A stretch of DNA of 64,000 nucleotides, taken from assembly GCA_014380005.1 (NCBI GenBank), contig JACMKT010000189.1, positions 18,523-82,522 of the forward strand, written 5' to 3'. The position numbers were made by a program, and so were the translations under genes. The notes under the pieces are model-generated. The model saw only the letters and a list, made by a program, of their open reading frames with translations, had not been told where the DNA came from and did not search any database. This stretch comes from Rhodospirillales bacterium (GTDB taxonomy: Bacteria > Pseudomonadota > Alphaproteobacteria > Rhodospirillales > Magnetospirillaceae). This document shows, piece by piece, positions 44,420 to 55,778 of this stretch. Position 1 is the first letter of the stretch; each line of letters starts with the position of its first letter.

Positions 44420-46171
44420 ATGAACCTGTTCAAGTACTTTAAGGAAGAGATCGCCGCCTCCCTCGCTCGTCTGGTCGAGGCCGGCAAGCTGCCCGCCGGG
44501 CTGGACACCTCCAAGGTGACCGCCGAGCCGCCGCGCGAGGAAAGCCATGGCGACGTGGCCACCAACGCCGCCATGGTGCTGTCCAAGGCCGCCGGCCAGA
44601 AGCCGCGCGACATTGCCGACGCCCTGGCCGAGGAATTGCGCAAGCATCCGGCGGTGACCGCCGTTGAAGTGGCCGGCCCCGGCTTCATCAATATCCGTCT
44701 GGCCGAATCCTTCTGGTCCGCCCGTCTGGCCGAAATCCTGGTTGCCGGCACCGCCTATGGCGATGGCGAGTACAAGGACCACAAGGTCAACGTGGAATAT
44801 GTCTCGGCCAACCCCACCGGCCCCATGCATATCGGCCACGCCCGTGGCGCCGTTACCGGCGACGCGCTGGCCTCGCTGTTGGCTAAGGCCGGCTTCGACG
44901 TGACCCGCGAGTACTACATCAACGACGCCGGCGCCCAGGTTGACGTGTTGGCCCGTTCAGTCCATCTGCGCTACCGGGAAGCCCTGGGCGAAGACATCGG
45001 CGAAATCCCCGAGGGTCTGTATCCAGGCGATTACCTGAAGCCCGCCGGTGAGGCGCTGGCCCGCGAGCATGGCGCCAAGTTCAAGGATGCCGTCGAGGAC
45101 GAATGGCTGCCCGCCTTCCGTCAGTACTCGGTTGACGCCATGATGGTGATGATCCGCGAGGATTTGGCGGCGTTGGGCGTCAAGCACGACGTGTTCACCT
45201 CTGAACGCGGTCTGGTCGAGGCCGGCAAGGTAGATGCGGCGCTGAAGTTCCTGGAAGACCGCGATCAGGTCTATACCGGCGTGCTGGAGCCGCCCAAGGG
45301 CAAGACCCCCGACGATTGGGAGCCTCGCCCGCAGGTGCTGTTCCGCGCCACCGCCTTCGGCGACGACGTGGACCGTCCGCTGAAGAAGTCGGACGGCTCG
45401 TTCACCTATTTCGCCTCGGACATCGCCTATCACCAGGACAAATTCCTGCGCGGCTACCCCGACATGATCGACGTCTGGGGCGCCGACCATGGCGGCTATG
45501 TCAAGCGCATGCAGGCGGCGGTCAAGGCCATCAGCGAGGGCGGCGGCGCCCTGGACGTCAAGCTGTGTCAGATGGTCAACCTTATGAAGGGCGGCCAGCC
45601 GTTCAAGATGAGCAAGCGGGCCGGCACCTTCGTCACCCTGCGTGATTTGGTCGAGGCGGTGGGTAAGAACGTCGTCCGCTTCATCATGCTGACCCGCAAG
45701 AACGACGCGCAATTGGACTTTGACCTGGACAAGGTGCTGGAGCAGTCGCGCGACAACCCCGTGTTTTATGTCCAGTATGCCCATGCCCGTTGCCACTCGG
45801 TGCTGCGCCATGCGGCCGAGATGTGGCCCGAGGTCGATATCAGTGCTGCCGGTCTGGCCAATGGTCCGTTGAGCCGCTTGACCGATCCGGCCGAGTTGAG
45901 TTTGATCAAGACGTTGGCGGGCTGGCCCCGCTTGGTGGAAAGCGCCGCCGAAGCCCATGAGCCCCATCGCGTCGCCTTCTATCTGAACGACGTGGCGGCA
46001 GGCTTCCATGGGCTGTGGAATAAGGGCAAGGACGAAGCGCGGTTGCGCTTCCTGCTCGAGGATGATCGCGAGCTGTCGGTGGCCCGGTTGGGCTTGCTCC
46101 GTGCAGTGGCTTTGGTGATCTCCTCGGGGCTCTTCATTTTCGGCGTCGAGCCGGTGGAGGAGATGCGCTGA
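44420..46171 (+). CDS. argS: Arginine-tRNA ligase
   Basis: [43 protein letters not shown]. Confidence 0.97.
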   Translation: MNLFKYFKEEIAASLARLVEAGKLPAGLDTSKVTAEPPREESHGDVATNAAMVLSKAAGQKPRDIADALAEELRKHPAVTAVEVAGPGFINIRLAESFWSARLAEILVAGTAYGDGEYKDHKVNVEYVSANPTGPMHIGHARGAVTGDALASLLAKAGFDVTREYYINDAGAQVDVLARSVHLRYREALGEDIGEIPEGLYPGDYLKPAGEALAREHGAKFKDAVEDEWLPAFRQYSVDAMMVMIREDLAALGVKHDVFTSERGLVEAGKVDAALKFLEDRDQVYTGVLEPPKGKTPDDWEPRPQVLFRATAFGDDVDRPLKKSDGSFTYFASDIAYHQDKFLRGYPDMIDVWGADHGGYVKRMQAAVKAISEGGGALDVKLCQMVNLMKGGQPFKMSKRAGTFVTLRDLVEAVGKNVVRFIMLTRKNDAQLDFDLDKVLEQSRDNPVFYVQYAHARCHSVLRHAAEMWPEVDISAAGLANGPLSRLTDPAELSLIKTLAGWPRLVESAAEAHEPHRVAFYLNDVAAGFHGLWNKGKDEARLRFLLEDDRELSVARLGLLRAVALVISSGLFIFGVEPVEEMR

Positions 46172-46172
46172 T

Positions 46173-47126
46173 ATGGCGATGAGTCCCCGCGACGATTACG
46201 ATCGCGACATTCTCGACATTATTCCCGAGCGGTTCGACGCGGATGCCGATTCCCATCAGGCCCGCGCCGGCCATCGGCTGCGGTCCTATCTGACCCTGGG
46301 TGTCGCGGTGCTCGCGGTCGGCGGCATCGTCGCCACGGGATTGCATTTCATGGGCGGCAAGCGGGCAGGGGGACCGGGCATTCCGGTCATCAAGGCCGAC
46401 GACCGGCCCATCAAAATCCGCCCCGACGACCGGGGCGGCATGCAGGTGCCCAACCAGGACAAGCTGGTTTACGAGCGCATGGAGCAGGGCGAGGGCGACG
46501 CCAAGGTGGAACGGCTGCTGCCGCCGCCCGAACTGCCTCAGGTGCCGGCCAAGATGGCTGACGCTGCCGCCAAGCCGTCTGCCGCTACCGAAGTTCTGCG
46601 CCCCGCTGCGCCGGTCAAGCCCGAGCCGGTGAGGCCGGTTCCAGTGCCTCCTGCTGCTGCGCCTCCTGCTCCCGTCGCCGTAGCACCGGCGCCGTTACCC
46701 CAGCAAGCCCCGGCCAGCACCTATGCGCCGGTGCAAAGCCGCACCGCTCAGCCCGTGCCGCCGCCGGCTGTGCCCCAAACGGTGGTGCCGCGTGCCCAGG
46801 TGGCCGTGGCTCCGCCGGCCCCGGCCCCCGTCGCGCCGCCGCCGCCGCCGGTTACCGCTCCGGCCAAGGTGCCTGCCGGTGGCGATTGGCTGATCCAATT
46901 GGGCGCCTTGCGCTCGGCCCCCGATGCCGACAAGGAATGGGGCCGCATCCAGCACACCAATCACGATCTGCTGGGCAGCCTGAAGCCCGACGTGGTGCGG
47001 GTCGAATTGGGCGAGAAGGGCACGTTCTGGCGCCTGCGCGCCGGCCCGCTCTCGGAACAGGCGGCGAAACAATTGTGTACCGAGCTGAAATCCCGTAACC
47101 AGGGGTGCATCATTGCCCGCAAGTAA
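46173..47126 (+). CDS. Bitopic Pro-rich SPOR-domain protein (FtsN-like)
   Basis: TM segment, PVIKAD..K..P..GG motif, Pro/Ala linker, C-terminal IQLGA...RLRAGP...C...C. Confidence 0.85.
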   Translation: MAMSPRDDYDRDILDIIPERFDADADSHQARAGHRLRSYLTLGVAVLAVGGIVATGLHFMGGKRAGGPGIPVIKADDRPIKIRPDDRGGMQVPNQDKLVYERMEQGEGDAKVERLLPPPELPQVPAKMADAAAKPSAATEVLRPAAPVKPEPVRPVPVPPAAAPPAPVAVAPAPLPQQAPASTYAPVQSRTAQPVPPPAVPQTVVPRAQVAVAPPAPAPVAPPPPPVTAPAKVPAGGDWLIQLGALRSAPDADKEWGRIQHTNHDLLGSLKPDVVRVELGEKGTFWRLRAGPLSEQAAKQLCTELKSRNQGCIIARK

Positions 47127-48135
47127 TTCCGTGCCCGCCGCCGGCATTTTCGGTTGCGCCGGCCTGACCCTGTCCGACCAGGAACGCCGTTTCTTTCAAA
47201 CGGTTAACCCGCTTGGCTTCATCCTGTTTGCCCGCAATGTGGACAGCCCCGATCAGGTTCGTGCCCTGGTCAACGAGCTGCGCGCCAGCGTGGGCCGGGC
47301 CGACGCGCCGGTGCTGATCGATCAGGAAGGTGGCCGGGTCCAGCGCCTCAAGCCGCCGTATTGGCGCAAGGCGCCTCCGGGCGAGCCTTTCGCCGCCTTG
47401 GCCGGGCGCGATCTGGCCCTGGCTAAGGAAGCGTTGCGTTTGAACTTCCGCCTGATCGGGCGCGAATTGGCTGATCTTGGTATCGACGTGGATTGCGCGC
47501 CGGTGCTGGACGTGCCGGTGCCCGGCGCCCATGACGTCATCGGCGACCGCGCCTACGGCCTGACCCCCGCCATGGTGGCCGAGCTTGGCCGCGTGGTGTG
47601 CGACGGCTTGTTGGACGAGGGCGTGCTGCCGGTCATCAAGCATATCCCCGGCCACGGCCGTTCCATGGTGGACAGCCATCTCGACTTGCCGGTGGTGGAA
47701 GCCACGCGGGCCGAGCTGGAAGCCCAAGATTTTCCGCCGTTCAAGGCCCTTGCCGACGCCCCCTGGGCCATGACCGCCCATGTGGTCTACAAGGCCATCG
47801 ACCCCCATGCTCCGGCCACCACATCGGCTAAGATCATCGGCGAAATCATTCGTGGAATCATCGGGTTCCAGGGAGTTCTTATCTCGGACGATTTGTCCAT
47901 GAAGGCCTTGGGTGGCCGTTTCGAAGACCGCACCACCGCCTCCCTGGAGGCCGGTTGTGACGTGGTTCTGCACTGCAACGGCCAGATGGATGAGATGACC
48001 GCCATCGCCGCCGCCCTGCGTCCGCTGACCGAAGTGGCGCAGGAACGCATCAAGGTGGCTGCCAGCCGCAAACGCCAACCTCAGACGCTGGACGTAGCCG
48101 CGGTGACTGCCCGCGTCCATGAGCTGCTGGCATGA
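47113..48135 (+). CDS. nagZ: Beta-N-acetylhexosaminidase
   Basis: GFILFARN, IDQEGGRVQRL, KHIPGHG, DSH, SDDLSM; start uncertain. Confidence 0.93.
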   Translation: MPASNSVPAAGIFGCAGLTLSDQERRFFQTVNPLGFILFARNVDSPDQVRALVNELRASVGRADAPVLIDQEGGRVQRLKPPYWRKAPPGEPFAALAGRDLALAKEALRLNFRLIGRELADLGIDVDCAPVLDVPVPGAHDVIGDRAYGLTPAMVAELGRVVCDGLLDEGVLPVIKHIPGHGRSMVDSHLDLPVVEATRAELEAQDFPPFKALADAPWAMTAHVVYKAIDPHAPATTSAKIIGEIIRGIIGFQGVLISDDLSMKALGGRFEDRTTASLEAGCDVVLHCNGQMDEMTAIAAALRPLTEVAQERIKVAASRKRQPQTLDVAAVTARVHELLA

Positions 48136-48818
48136 TGGACGTCGTCAGCCTTGTGCAGCAGGTTTCGGTGGTGGCTTTACCGCTCGTTTTCGCCATCACC
48201 CTGCATGAGGCCGCTCACGGTTTCGTCGCCTATGCCCTGGGTGACGACACTGCTAAGCGCATGGGCCGCGTCACCCTCAATCCGATACGCCATATCGACC
48301 CGTTCGGAACCATTATCCTGCCCGCCATGCTGATGATCATGGGCGGCTTCCTGTTCGGCTGGGCCAAGCCGGTGCCGGTGAATTTCTCCAAGCTCAAGCC
48401 GTCGCGCATGGGCATGGTGCTGGTCGCCATCGCCGGGCCGGGCATGAATATCGTGCTGGCCGTGGTCGCCATCGTGCTGATCAGTTATGTGGGGTTGCTG
48501 CCCGACAGCGCGGTGGATTGGGCGCGGCTCAATCTGGCAAATGCCATTTATCTCAATCTGTTACTGGCCGTCTTTAACATGCTGCCTATTCCGCCGCTGG
48601 ATGGCGGCAGGGTGGCTGTGGGTCTGCTGCCGCGCCCGTTGGGCCTGCGTCTCGCCCGCATGGAAAACACCGGCGTGCTGGTGCTGCTGGGGGCCTTAGT
48701 GCTGCTGCCCATGCTGGGGCGCGCGCTGAATTTGCCGCTGGACCCGTTCGACACCGTCATCCAGCCGGCGGTCAATTGGCTGCTGGAGCTGCTGGTGTCC
48801 GTCTTCGGCGGCCAGTGA
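48132..48818 (+). CDS. Site-2 protease family (M50) protein
   Basis: LHEAAH, GWAKPVP, AGP, NMLPIPPLDGG. Confidence 0.9.
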   Translation: MMDVVSLVQQVSVVALPLVFAITLHEAAHGFVAYALGDDTAKRMGRVTLNPIRHIDPFGTIILPAMLMIMGGFLFGWAKPVPVNFSKLKPSRMGMVLVAIAGPGMNIVLAVVAIVLISYVGLLPDSAVDWARLNLANAIYLNLLLAVFNMLPIPPLDGGRVAVGLLPRPLGLRLARMENTGVLVLLGALVLLPMLGRALNLPLDPFDTVIQPAVNWLLELLVSVFGGQ

Positions 48819-49621
48819 TGCAAGGTGACGTGTTCGAGGAAGACGAGGAAGGCCAGGGCCGCGACGAGGGCGAGCGGCTGATGCTCGATCTGGAAGGGTT
48901 CGAGGGGCCGCTGGACATTCTGCTGGCCCTGGCGCGCGACCAAAAGGTCGACCTCGCCAAGATTTCCATCCTCAAGCTGGCCGACCAATATCTGGTTTTC
49001 GTCCAGCGGGTGCGCCAACGCCACCTCGACCTTGCCGCCGAATATCTGGTCATGGCGGCGTGGCTGGCCTATCTCAAATCCCGCCTGTTGTTGCCTGAGC
49101 CGGAACCCGATCCGGATGGCATGCCGACGGCGGCGGAAATGGCCGACGTGCTGGCTTTCCGCCTGCGCCGACTAGAGGCCATGCAGCGCACCGGCACCAC
49201 CTTGATCACCCGCCCGCAATTGGGCCGTGAGTTTTTCGCGCGCGGCGAGCCCGACGACGTGCCGGTGGTGACCCGGTCCATCTTCGACGTCCAACTCTTC
49301 GACCTGCTCAAGGCCTATGCCGATCACATCGTCCGCACTTCGGTGCGCACGCTGACCATCGAGGCGCCCGATCTGTATACGGTCGAGGACGCGCTGAAGC
49401 GGCTGGAAAACCTGCTGGGCCGCATGCCCGATTGGTCGGTGCTGTCGGCCTATCTGCCGCAATTCGAGGGCGATCCATTGAAGATGAAGTCGGCGGTGGC
49501 CTCCACCTTCATCGCAGCACTGGAATTGGCGAAACAGGGCCGCCTGCAACTGCGCCAGGATGGCGGTGCCTATAGCCCCATCTATGTGAAATCCGGTCCA
49601 GTGGTGGGAGAGGGCGCATGA
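48818..49621 (+). CDS. scpA: Segregation and condensation protein A
   Basis: FEGPLDILL, YLVMAAWLAYLKSRLLLP, FIAALEL. Confidence 0.93.
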   Translation: MQGDVFEEDEEGQGRDEGERLMLDLEGFEGPLDILLALARDQKVDLAKISILKLADQYLVFVQRVRQRHLDLAAEYLVMAAWLAYLKSRLLLPEPEPDPDGMPTAAEMADVLAFRLRRLEAMQRTGTTLITRPQLGREFFARGEPDDVPVVTRSIFDVQLFDLLKAYADHIVRTSVRTLTIEAPDLYTVEDALKRLENLLGRMPDWSVLSAYLPQFEGDPLKMKSAVASTFIAALELAKQGRLQLRQDGGAYSPIYVKSGPVVGEGA

Positions 49622-50271
49622 GCGTCGAATTGGAGCATCTGCGCCTGATCGAGGCCATGCTGTTCGCCAGCGCCGAGCCCCTGGACGAACGTGCTTTGGC
49701 CGAACGCCTGCCCGCCAACATGGATGTTGCCGCAGTGTTGGGCGAGTTGCAGCAGCATTATGCCCTGCGCGGGGTCAATCTCATGCGGCGCGGCGGCAAA
49801 TGGGCCTTCCGCACCGCGCCCGATCTGGCCGGCCAATTGGTCATCGAACAGACCCAGACCCGCCGCCTCAGCCGTGCCGCCATCGAGGTGCTGGCCATCA
49901 TCGCCTATAACCAGCCCATCACGCGGGCCGAGATCGAAGAGGTTCGTGGTGTCGCCCTGTCCAAGGGCACTCTGGATCTGTTGTTCGAAGCCGGCTGGAT
50001 CCGCCCCAGGGGCCGCCGCCGCACTCCGGGCCGTCCGCTGCAATGGGCGACGTCCGAGGCGTTCCTTGACCATTTCGGTCTGGAAAGTCTGGAGGACTTG
50101 CCCAACCTCAAGGAATTGAAGGCCGCCGGCCTGCTAGATACTCGTCCGGCCGCCGATGCCTATGGCAATCGCGCCGTCGAAGGCGACTCGCCGGTGGATA
50201 CTCTGGAAGACGATGAGGAACCGCCGTTGGAGCTTCTCGACGACGACATGCTGCTGGGCTTAGGCGAATAG
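49618..50271 (+). CDS. scpB: Segregation and condensation protein B
   Basis: [43 protein letters not shown]. Confidence 0.95.
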   Translation: MSVELEHLRLIEAMLFASAEPLDERALAERLPANMDVAAVLGELQQHYALRGVNLMRRGGKWAFRTAPDLAGQLVIEQTQTRRLSRAAIEVLAIIAYNQPITRAEIEEVRGVALSKGTLDLLFEAGWIRPRGRRRTPGRPLQWATSEAFLDHFGLESLEDLPNLKELKAAGLLDTRPAADAYGNRAVEGDSPVDTLEDDEEPPLELLDDDMLLGLGE

Positions 50272-50363
50272 GTGTTGTTGTACCTGGGCGGTTGCGGTGC
50301 CTTCGCTCTTCTGCGATTATCCGCCCCCAACCTTTTAAGTACGTTTGGGCAGGGAGTAGCTCC

Positions 50364-50594
50364 ATGGGTAGCTTCAGCATATGGCACTGGCTGATCGTTC
50401 TGGTCATTGTGCTGCTGCTGTTCGGCGCGGGCAAGATCCCCAATTTGATGGGTGACATGGCCAAGGGCGTGAAAGCCTTCAAGAAGGGCCTTTCCGACGA
50501 GGACAGCGATACCGCCAGCGCAGCCAAATCGTCGCAGCAGATCGATTCCCAGGACACCGTCAAGCCGGTGGACAAGGAATCCGTCAAGCATTGA
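50364..50594 (+). CDS. tatA: Twin-arginine translocase TatA
   Basis: [12 protein letters not shown]...LFGAGKIP...FKKG; SD ggag. Confidence 0.95.
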   Translation: MGSFSIWHWLIVLVIVLLLFGAGKIPNLMGDMAKGVKAFKKGLSDEDSDTASAAKSSQQIDSQDTVKPVDKESVKH

Positions 50595-50643
50595 TCCCGC
50601 GCGCGGCGTGTGATGCGCCGCCGCTGGAGGAGATTTCGCCTTC

Positions 50644-51024
50644 ATGTTCGATATCGGCTGGGATGAGATGGCTTTGGTGGCCGTGGTGGCGTTGATCGTC
50701 ATTGGCCCCAAGGATCTTCCCGTCGTTCTGCGCCAAGTGGGCCGTTGGACCCGCAAGGCGCGGGAGATGGCGGGTGAGTTCCAACGCGGCGTCGATGATA
50801 TGGTGCGCGAGACCGAACTGGCCGATCTGAAGAAGCAGGTGGAGAAGGCGACCGATCCCAACGCCTTGCGGCGTGAGATCGAGAACACCATCGACCCCAC
50901 CGGTGACATCGCCAAAAGCCTGGAGCCGCCGGTGATGCCCGACGACCAAGCGCAGGCCAAGCCCGAGCAGGAATTGCCGGTTACCGCGCCGTTCGAGGCC
51001 CCGCGCAAGCCGCCCGAGCCTTGA
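50644..51024 (+). CDS. tatB: Twin-arginine translocase TatB
   Basis: MFDIGWDEM...IGPKDLP. Confidence 0.95.
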   Translation: MFDIGWDEMALVAVVALIVIGPKDLPVVLRQVGRWTRKAREMAGEFQRGVDDMVRETELADLKKQVEKATDPNALRREIENTIDPTGDIAKSLEPPVMPDDQAQAKPEQELPVTAPFEAPRKPPEP

Positions 51025-51034
51025 GGATACTCCA

Positions 51035-51856
51035 GTGACCCCCCACGCCACCGATAAGACGATGCCGCTGCTCGAGCATTTGGTCGAGTTGCGCACACGT
51101 TTGCTGTGGTCGGTCGTGGCCTTCGTCATCGCCTTCGCCGGCTGCTTCTATTTCGCCGCCGACATCTACGCCTTCCTGCTGGAGCCTTACTCCAAGGTCG
51201 CCCTGGAAAAAGGCGGCATGCGCCGGCTGATCTACACTGCCCCGACCGAGGCCTTTTTCACCTATGTGAAAGTGTCGGCCTTCGCCGCCGCCTTGGTCTG
51301 CTTCCCGGTTTGGGCCGGGCAGTTATGGGCCTTTGTGGCGCCGGGCCTGTACAAACACGAAAAGCGGGCGTTCGCACCCTTCCTGTTCGCCACCCCGGTG
51401 CTGTTCACCATGGGGGCGTCGCTGGTCTATTTCCTCGTCCTGCCCATGGTCTACACCTACCTGTTGGGCTTCGAGAATTTGCTGCCGGCCCCCGGCGAGC
51501 TGCCCATCCAACTGGAAGCCAAGGTCAGCGAATCCCTGGCGTTGGTCATGACGCTGGTTTTCGCCTTCGGTTTGGCCTTCCAGATGCCGGTGCTGCTGAC
51601 CTTGCTGGCCCGCGTCGGTCTGGTCACCGCGCAAGGTTTGGCCGAAAAGCGCCGCTATGCCATCGTCGGCGTCTTTATCTTCGCCGCCGTGGTGACGCCG
51701 CCCGACGTAGTCAGTCAGCTCTCTCTCGCCATCCCCATGGTGCTGCTGTACGAAATCTCCATCATCTCTGCTCGCCTAGTCGAGAAGAAGAAGGCCGAAG
51801 AGGCCGGCGGAGATGAGGCCGACGACGTGCCGGACGAGACCGACTTCAACGGCTGA
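51035..51856 (+). CDS. tatC: Twin-arginine translocase TatC
   Basis: HLVELRTRL, FVAPGLY, FQMP, TPPD, LYE. Confidence 0.95.
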   Translation: MTPHATDKTMPLLEHLVELRTRLLWSVVAFVIAFAGCFYFAADIYAFLLEPYSKVALEKGGMRRLIYTAPTEAFFTYVKVSAFAAALVCFPVWAGQLWAFVAPGLYKHEKRAFAPFLFATPVLFTMGASLVYFLVLPMVYTYLLGFENLLPAPGELPIQLEAKVSESLALVMTLVFAFGLAFQMPVLLTLLARVGLVTAQGLAEKRRYAIVGVFIFAAVVTPPDVVSQLSLAIPMVLLYEISIISARLVEKKKAEEAGGDEADDVPDETDFNG

Positions 51857-51931
51857 GGCCCCTCCGGGGGTCTCGACAACCCAATCCCCCCGGCTTATAA
51901 GCCTTGCCATCCCGCTCTTCGGAAGGCCGTC

Positions 51932-53194
51932 ATGCACGATCTCAAGTGGATTCGCGAAAACCCTGCCACGTTTGATGCCGGGCTTGCCCGCCGTGGCCTT
52001 GAGCCTCGCTCCGCCGAGATCATCGCGCTGGACGGCGAGCGCCGCATTGTCCAGACCCGCGTTCAGGAATTGCAGGCCCGCCGCAACGAGGCGTCCAAGC
52101 AGATCGGCATGCTGAAGAAGCAGGGCCAGGATGCTTCGGGCATCATGGACGAGGTCGCCAAGCTCAAGGACGAAATCCCGGCGCTGGAAGCCCAGGACAA
52201 GGATATGGGCGAGCGTCTGGACAACATCCTGGCCGCCATCCCCAATCTGCCCGCCGCCGACGTCCCCGACGGTCCCGACGAGGACCATAACGTCGAACTG
52301 CGCAAATGGGGCACGCCCAAGGACTTCGCCTTCCAACCCAAGGAGCATGACGCCCTGGGCGAGGCGTTGGGCCTGATGGATTTCGATGGTGCCGCCAAAC
52401 TGTCCGGCGCCCGCTTCGTGGTGCTGAAGGGCAAGCTGGCCCGGCTGGAGCGTGCCTTGGGCCAGTTCATGCTGGATACCCAGACCGAAGAGCACGGCTA
52501 TACCGAAATCAATCCGCCGACCATGGTCAAGGATGCCGCCCTGTACGGCACCGGCCAGTTGCCCAAATTCGGCGACGATCTGTTCAAGACCAACACCGGC
52601 CATTGGCTGATCCCCACCGCCGAGGTGCCGCTGACCAATCTGGTGGCCGATTCCATCGTTGATGAAGCTGGGCTGCCCCTGCGCATGACCGCGTTGACGC
52701 CATGCTTCCGTTCGGAAGCCGGGGCGGCGGGCAAGGATACCCGCGGCATGATCCGCCAGCATCAGTTCTGGAAGGTGGAGATGGTCTCCATCGCCCATCC
52801 CGACCACTCCGATGCCGAGCATGAGCGCATGACCGGTTGTGCCGAGACCATCCTGCAGCGCCTGGGCTTGCCCTACCGGGTCATCGTGCTGTGCACCGGC
52901 GATATGGGCTTTGGCTCGCGCAAGACCTATGACATCGAAGTGTGGCTGCCCGGCCAGAGCCGTTACCGCGAAATCTCGTCGTGCTCCAATTGCGGGGATT
53001 TCCAGGCCCGGCGCATGAAGACCCGCTTCAAATCGGACAAGGGCACCCGCTTCGTCCACACCCTCAACGGCTCCGGCCTTGCCGTGGGCCGCACCTTGGT
53101 GGCGGTGCTGGAGAACTACCAGCAGGAAGACGGCTCCATCGTGGTGCCCGAGGTGCTGAAGCCGTATATGGGCGGGACGGACATTATCCGCTGA
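51932..53194 (+). CDS. serS: Serine-tRNA ligase
   Basis: [38 protein letters not shown]. Confidence 0.97.
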   Translation: MHDLKWIRENPATFDAGLARRGLEPRSAEIIALDGERRIVQTRVQELQARRNEASKQIGMLKKQGQDASGIMDEVAKLKDEIPALEAQDKDMGERLDNILAAIPNLPAADVPDGPDEDHNVELRKWGTPKDFAFQPKEHDALGEALGLMDFDGAAKLSGARFVVLKGKLARLERALGQFMLDTQTEEHGYTEINPPTMVKDAALYGTGQLPKFGDDLFKTNTGHWLIPTAEVPLTNLVADSIVDEAGLPLRMTALTPCFRSEAGAAGKDTRGMIRQHQFWKVEMVSIAHPDHSDAEHERMTGCAETILQRLGLPYRVIVLCTGDMGFGSRKTYDIEVWLPGQSRYREISSCSNCGDFQARRMKTRFKSDKGTRFVHTLNGSGLAVGRTLVAVLENYQQEDGSIVVPEVLKPYMGGTDIIR

Positions 53195-53979
53195 TGCACT
53201 CGCCCATTATCGATCTGGCCCAAGCGCGCATCCTCGTCTCCAACGACGATGGTATCCATGCCCCCGGCATCAAGGTACTGGAGAAGATCGCGCGCGCCAT
53301 TTCCAAGGATGTGTGGACGGTGGCCCCGGAGACCGAGCAATCGGCCGCCGGCCATTCCCTGACCATCCGCCGGCCCTTGCGGGTGCGGCAGGTGTCGCGG
53401 CGGCGTTACTCCGTGGACGGCACGCCCACGGATGCGGTGCTGCTGGGCATCAACCACATCCTCAAGGACAAGAAGCCGACGCTGGTGCTGTCCGGCGTGA
53501 ACCGCGGCGCCAATCTGGGCGAGGACGTGACCTATTCGGGCACGGTGGCGGCGGCCATGGAGGCCACCATCCTGGGCATTCCGTCCATTGCCTTTTCGCA
53601 ATATTACGCGTCCGACGCGGTGAAATGGGCCACCGCCGAGCACTGGGCGCCCGAGATCATCCGCAAGGTCACCCGCGTGGGCTGGGGCCGCAACGTGCTG
53701 ATGAACGTGAATTTTCCCGACGTGGCTGCCGATAAGGTCACCGGCATCGAGATCACCCGTCAGGGCAAGCGCAAGATCGGCGATGAATTGACCGAGCGTT
53801 TCGATCCGCGCGGCGAATCCTATATTTGGATTGGAGCCCAGCGGGCCGAGGAACGTTCCACCGCCGGCACCGACATCGAAGCGGTGTTGCGTGGGGCCAT
53901 CTCGGTCACGCCGCTCTGCGTGGATTTGACCGATCAGGGCACCATGCGCGCGCTCAATACCATTTTCGCCGAAGGGTAG
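53194..53979 (+). CDS. surE: 5'/3'-nucleotidase SurE
   Basis: ILVSNDDG, APETEQS, GTPTD, SGVNRGAN, YSGTV. Confidence 0.95.
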   Translation: MHSPIIDLAQARILVSNDDGIHAPGIKVLEKIARAISKDVWTVAPETEQSAAGHSLTIRRPLRVRQVSRRRYSVDGTPTDAVLLGINHILKDKKPTLVLSGVNRGANLGEDVTYSGTVAAAMEATILGIPSIAFSQYYASDAVKWATAEHWAPEIIRKVTRVGWGRNVLMNVNFPDVAADKVTGIEITRQGKRKIGDELTERFDPRGESYIWIGAQRAEERSTAGTDIEAVLRGAISVTPLCVDLTDQGTMRALNTIFAEG

Positions 53980-53984
53980 GGGGC

Positions 53985-54629
53985 ATGGCCGCCGCCGAGG
54001 CCCGCATCATCCGCCTGTTGATGGAGTTGCGCCGCAACGGCGTCACCGATACCCCGACTCTGGCCGCCATCGAGCGCACCCCGCGCGAATTGTTCGTGGC
54101 TCATCCCTTCCTGGATCAGGCCTACGAGAACACCGCGCTGCCCATCGCCTGCGGCCAGACCGTCAGTCAGCCTTTGGTTGTCGGCTTGATGACCCAGGCG
54201 CTGGAAGTCACCGACCGCATGAAGGTGCTGGAGATCGGCACCGGCTCGGGCTATCAGTCGGTGGTGCTGGCCCAATTGTGCCGCCGCCTCTACACCATCG
54301 AACGCCACAAGCCGCTGCTGAAGCAGGCGGAAGAGCGCTTCAAGCATTTGCGCATCCACAACATCACCGCCAAGGCGGGTGACGGCTCGCGCGGTTGGCC
54401 TGAGCAGGCGCCGTTTGAACGCATCATGGTCACCGCCGCCGCCCACGACATCCCGCCCAAGCTGGTGGACCAGTTGAAGGTGGGCGGCATCATGGTGCTG
54501 CCTTTGGGCGATGCCCATGCGCTGGAGCAGGATTTGCTCAAAGTGACTAAGACCGAAGACGGCCTGCATATCGACCATCTGGGGCCTGTGCGCTTCGTGC
54601 CCCTGGTCGAGGGCATGCCCGAGGACTGA
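53985..54629 (+). CDS. pcm: Protein-L-isoaspartate O-methyltransferase
   Basis: PRELF, GQTVSQP, VLEIGTGSGYQ, APFERIMVTAA, VRFVPL. Confidence 0.95.
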   Translation: MAAAEARIIRLLMELRRNGVTDTPTLAAIERTPRELFVAHPFLDQAYENTALPIACGQTVSQPLVVGLMTQALEVTDRMKVLEIGTGSGYQSVVLAQLCRRLYTIERHKPLLKQAEERFKHLRIHNITAKAGDGSRGWPEQAPFERIMVTAAAHDIPPKLVDQLKVGGIMVLPLGDAHALEQDLLKVTKTEDGLHIDHLGPVRFVPLVEGMPED

Positions 54630-54670
54630 ACCATTGCCGCGCCGGGGTGCCCGCTTGTATAGTGCGCCCC

Positions 54671-55771
54671 ATGAGTGTGCTCCTACCCCATGTGGTGCAA
54701 CGGCTGGCGATGGTCGCGCTGGCGAGTGTGGCTTTGGCGGCCTGCGAGCCCAATTGGCAGGGCGGTGGCGCGCGGGTGACCCGTGGGCCCACGGCTCAGG
54801 CTGGGTGCGGCGGCACGGTGAGCACCTATTCCGGCGATACCGTCTATTCCATCGCGCGGCGCTGCAATGTCTCGGTGCGCGAACTGATCGAGGCCAACGG
54901 GCTTCAGGCGCCCTACCTCATCAATCCGGGCATGATCCTGCGGGTGCCGGGCGGCAGCGGTGAATATGTGGTGCAGCGCGGCGACACTCTGCTGGTGGTG
55001 GCGCGGCGGCTGAAGGTGGACTTCCAGGCCCTGGCCCGCACCAACGGCAAGAGCGACCCCTATGTTATCAGGGTGGGCGAGAAGCTGCGCGTTCCTGGGT
55101 CCTATGCGGGGCAGACCCAAATGGCCCAGGTGCAATCCACCACCTCCGGCCCGTTGATCATCGCCTCGCCCAACATGCCGGGCGGGGCCAAGCCGCCATC
55201 CAAGGCGCCGACCACCACCATCAGCAAGCTGCCGCCGGCGCCCGAGCCGCAAGTGGCACATTCCGCGCCTCCGCCGGCCCCCGAGCCCGAGGCCCGCCAT
55301 GCCGCGTTCCAGCCCCAGGCCAGCTTACCGCCACCCCCGCCGCCGCCATTGGCCGGCAAGGGCTTCATTTGGCCGTGCAAGGGCGAGGTCATCAACGAAT
55401 TCGGCCCCATGGCCAAGGGCCAGCACAGCGACGGCGTCAACATCGCCGCCCCGCGCGGAACTCCGGTGAAAGCGGCGGAAAACGGCGTGATCGCCTATGT
55501 GGGCAACGAATTGAAGGGCTTCGGCAATCTGCTGCTGGTCAAGCATGCCGATGGCTGGATCACCGCCTATGCCCATAATGACCAATTGCTGGTCAAGAAG
55601 GGTGATGCCGTGCGCAAGGGCCAGCAGATCGCCACGGTCGGCGCCAGCGGCAACGTGACCTCGCCGCAACTGCACTTCGAAATCCGCAAGGGCACCGAGG
55701 CGGTCAACCCGGTGGATTACATCAAGGGTGATGCCATCAGCAGCATTAGAGTGACCGACGACGACGCGTGA
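54671..55771 (+). CDS. LysM-LysM-LytM lipoprotein (NlpD/DipM-like, degenerate M23)
   Basis: Lipobox LAAC, two LysM domains, WP..G; Zn motifs altered (SDGVN, QLH); position after pcm. Confidence 0.88.
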   Translation: MSVLLPHVVQRLAMVALASVALAACEPNWQGGGARVTRGPTAQAGCGGTVSTYSGDTVYSIARRCNVSVRELIEANGLQAPYLINPGMILRVPGGSGEYVVQRGDTLLVVARRLKVDFQALARTNGKSDPYVIRVGEKLRVPGSYAGQTQMAQVQSTTSGPLIIASPNMPGGAKPPSKAPTTTISKLPPAPEPQVAHSAPPPAPEPEARHAAFQPQASLPPPPPPPLAGKGFIWPCKGEVINEFGPMAKGQHSDGVNIAAPRGTPVKAAENGVIAYVGNELKGFGNLLLVKHADGWITAYAHNDQLLVKKGDAVRKGQQIATVGASGNVTSPQLHFEIRKGTEAVNPVDYIKGDAISSIRVTDDDA

Positions 55772-55778
55772 GGCAAAG

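Noticed and set aside
46500-46870. Repetitive GC-rich tract
   Set aside because: Encodes the ordinary Pro/Ala linker of the SPOR protein; not a DNA repeat array.
54671-55771. Degenerate Zn motifs in the M23 domain
   Set aside because: Expected for NlpD/DipM-type degenerate LytM factors; not novel.
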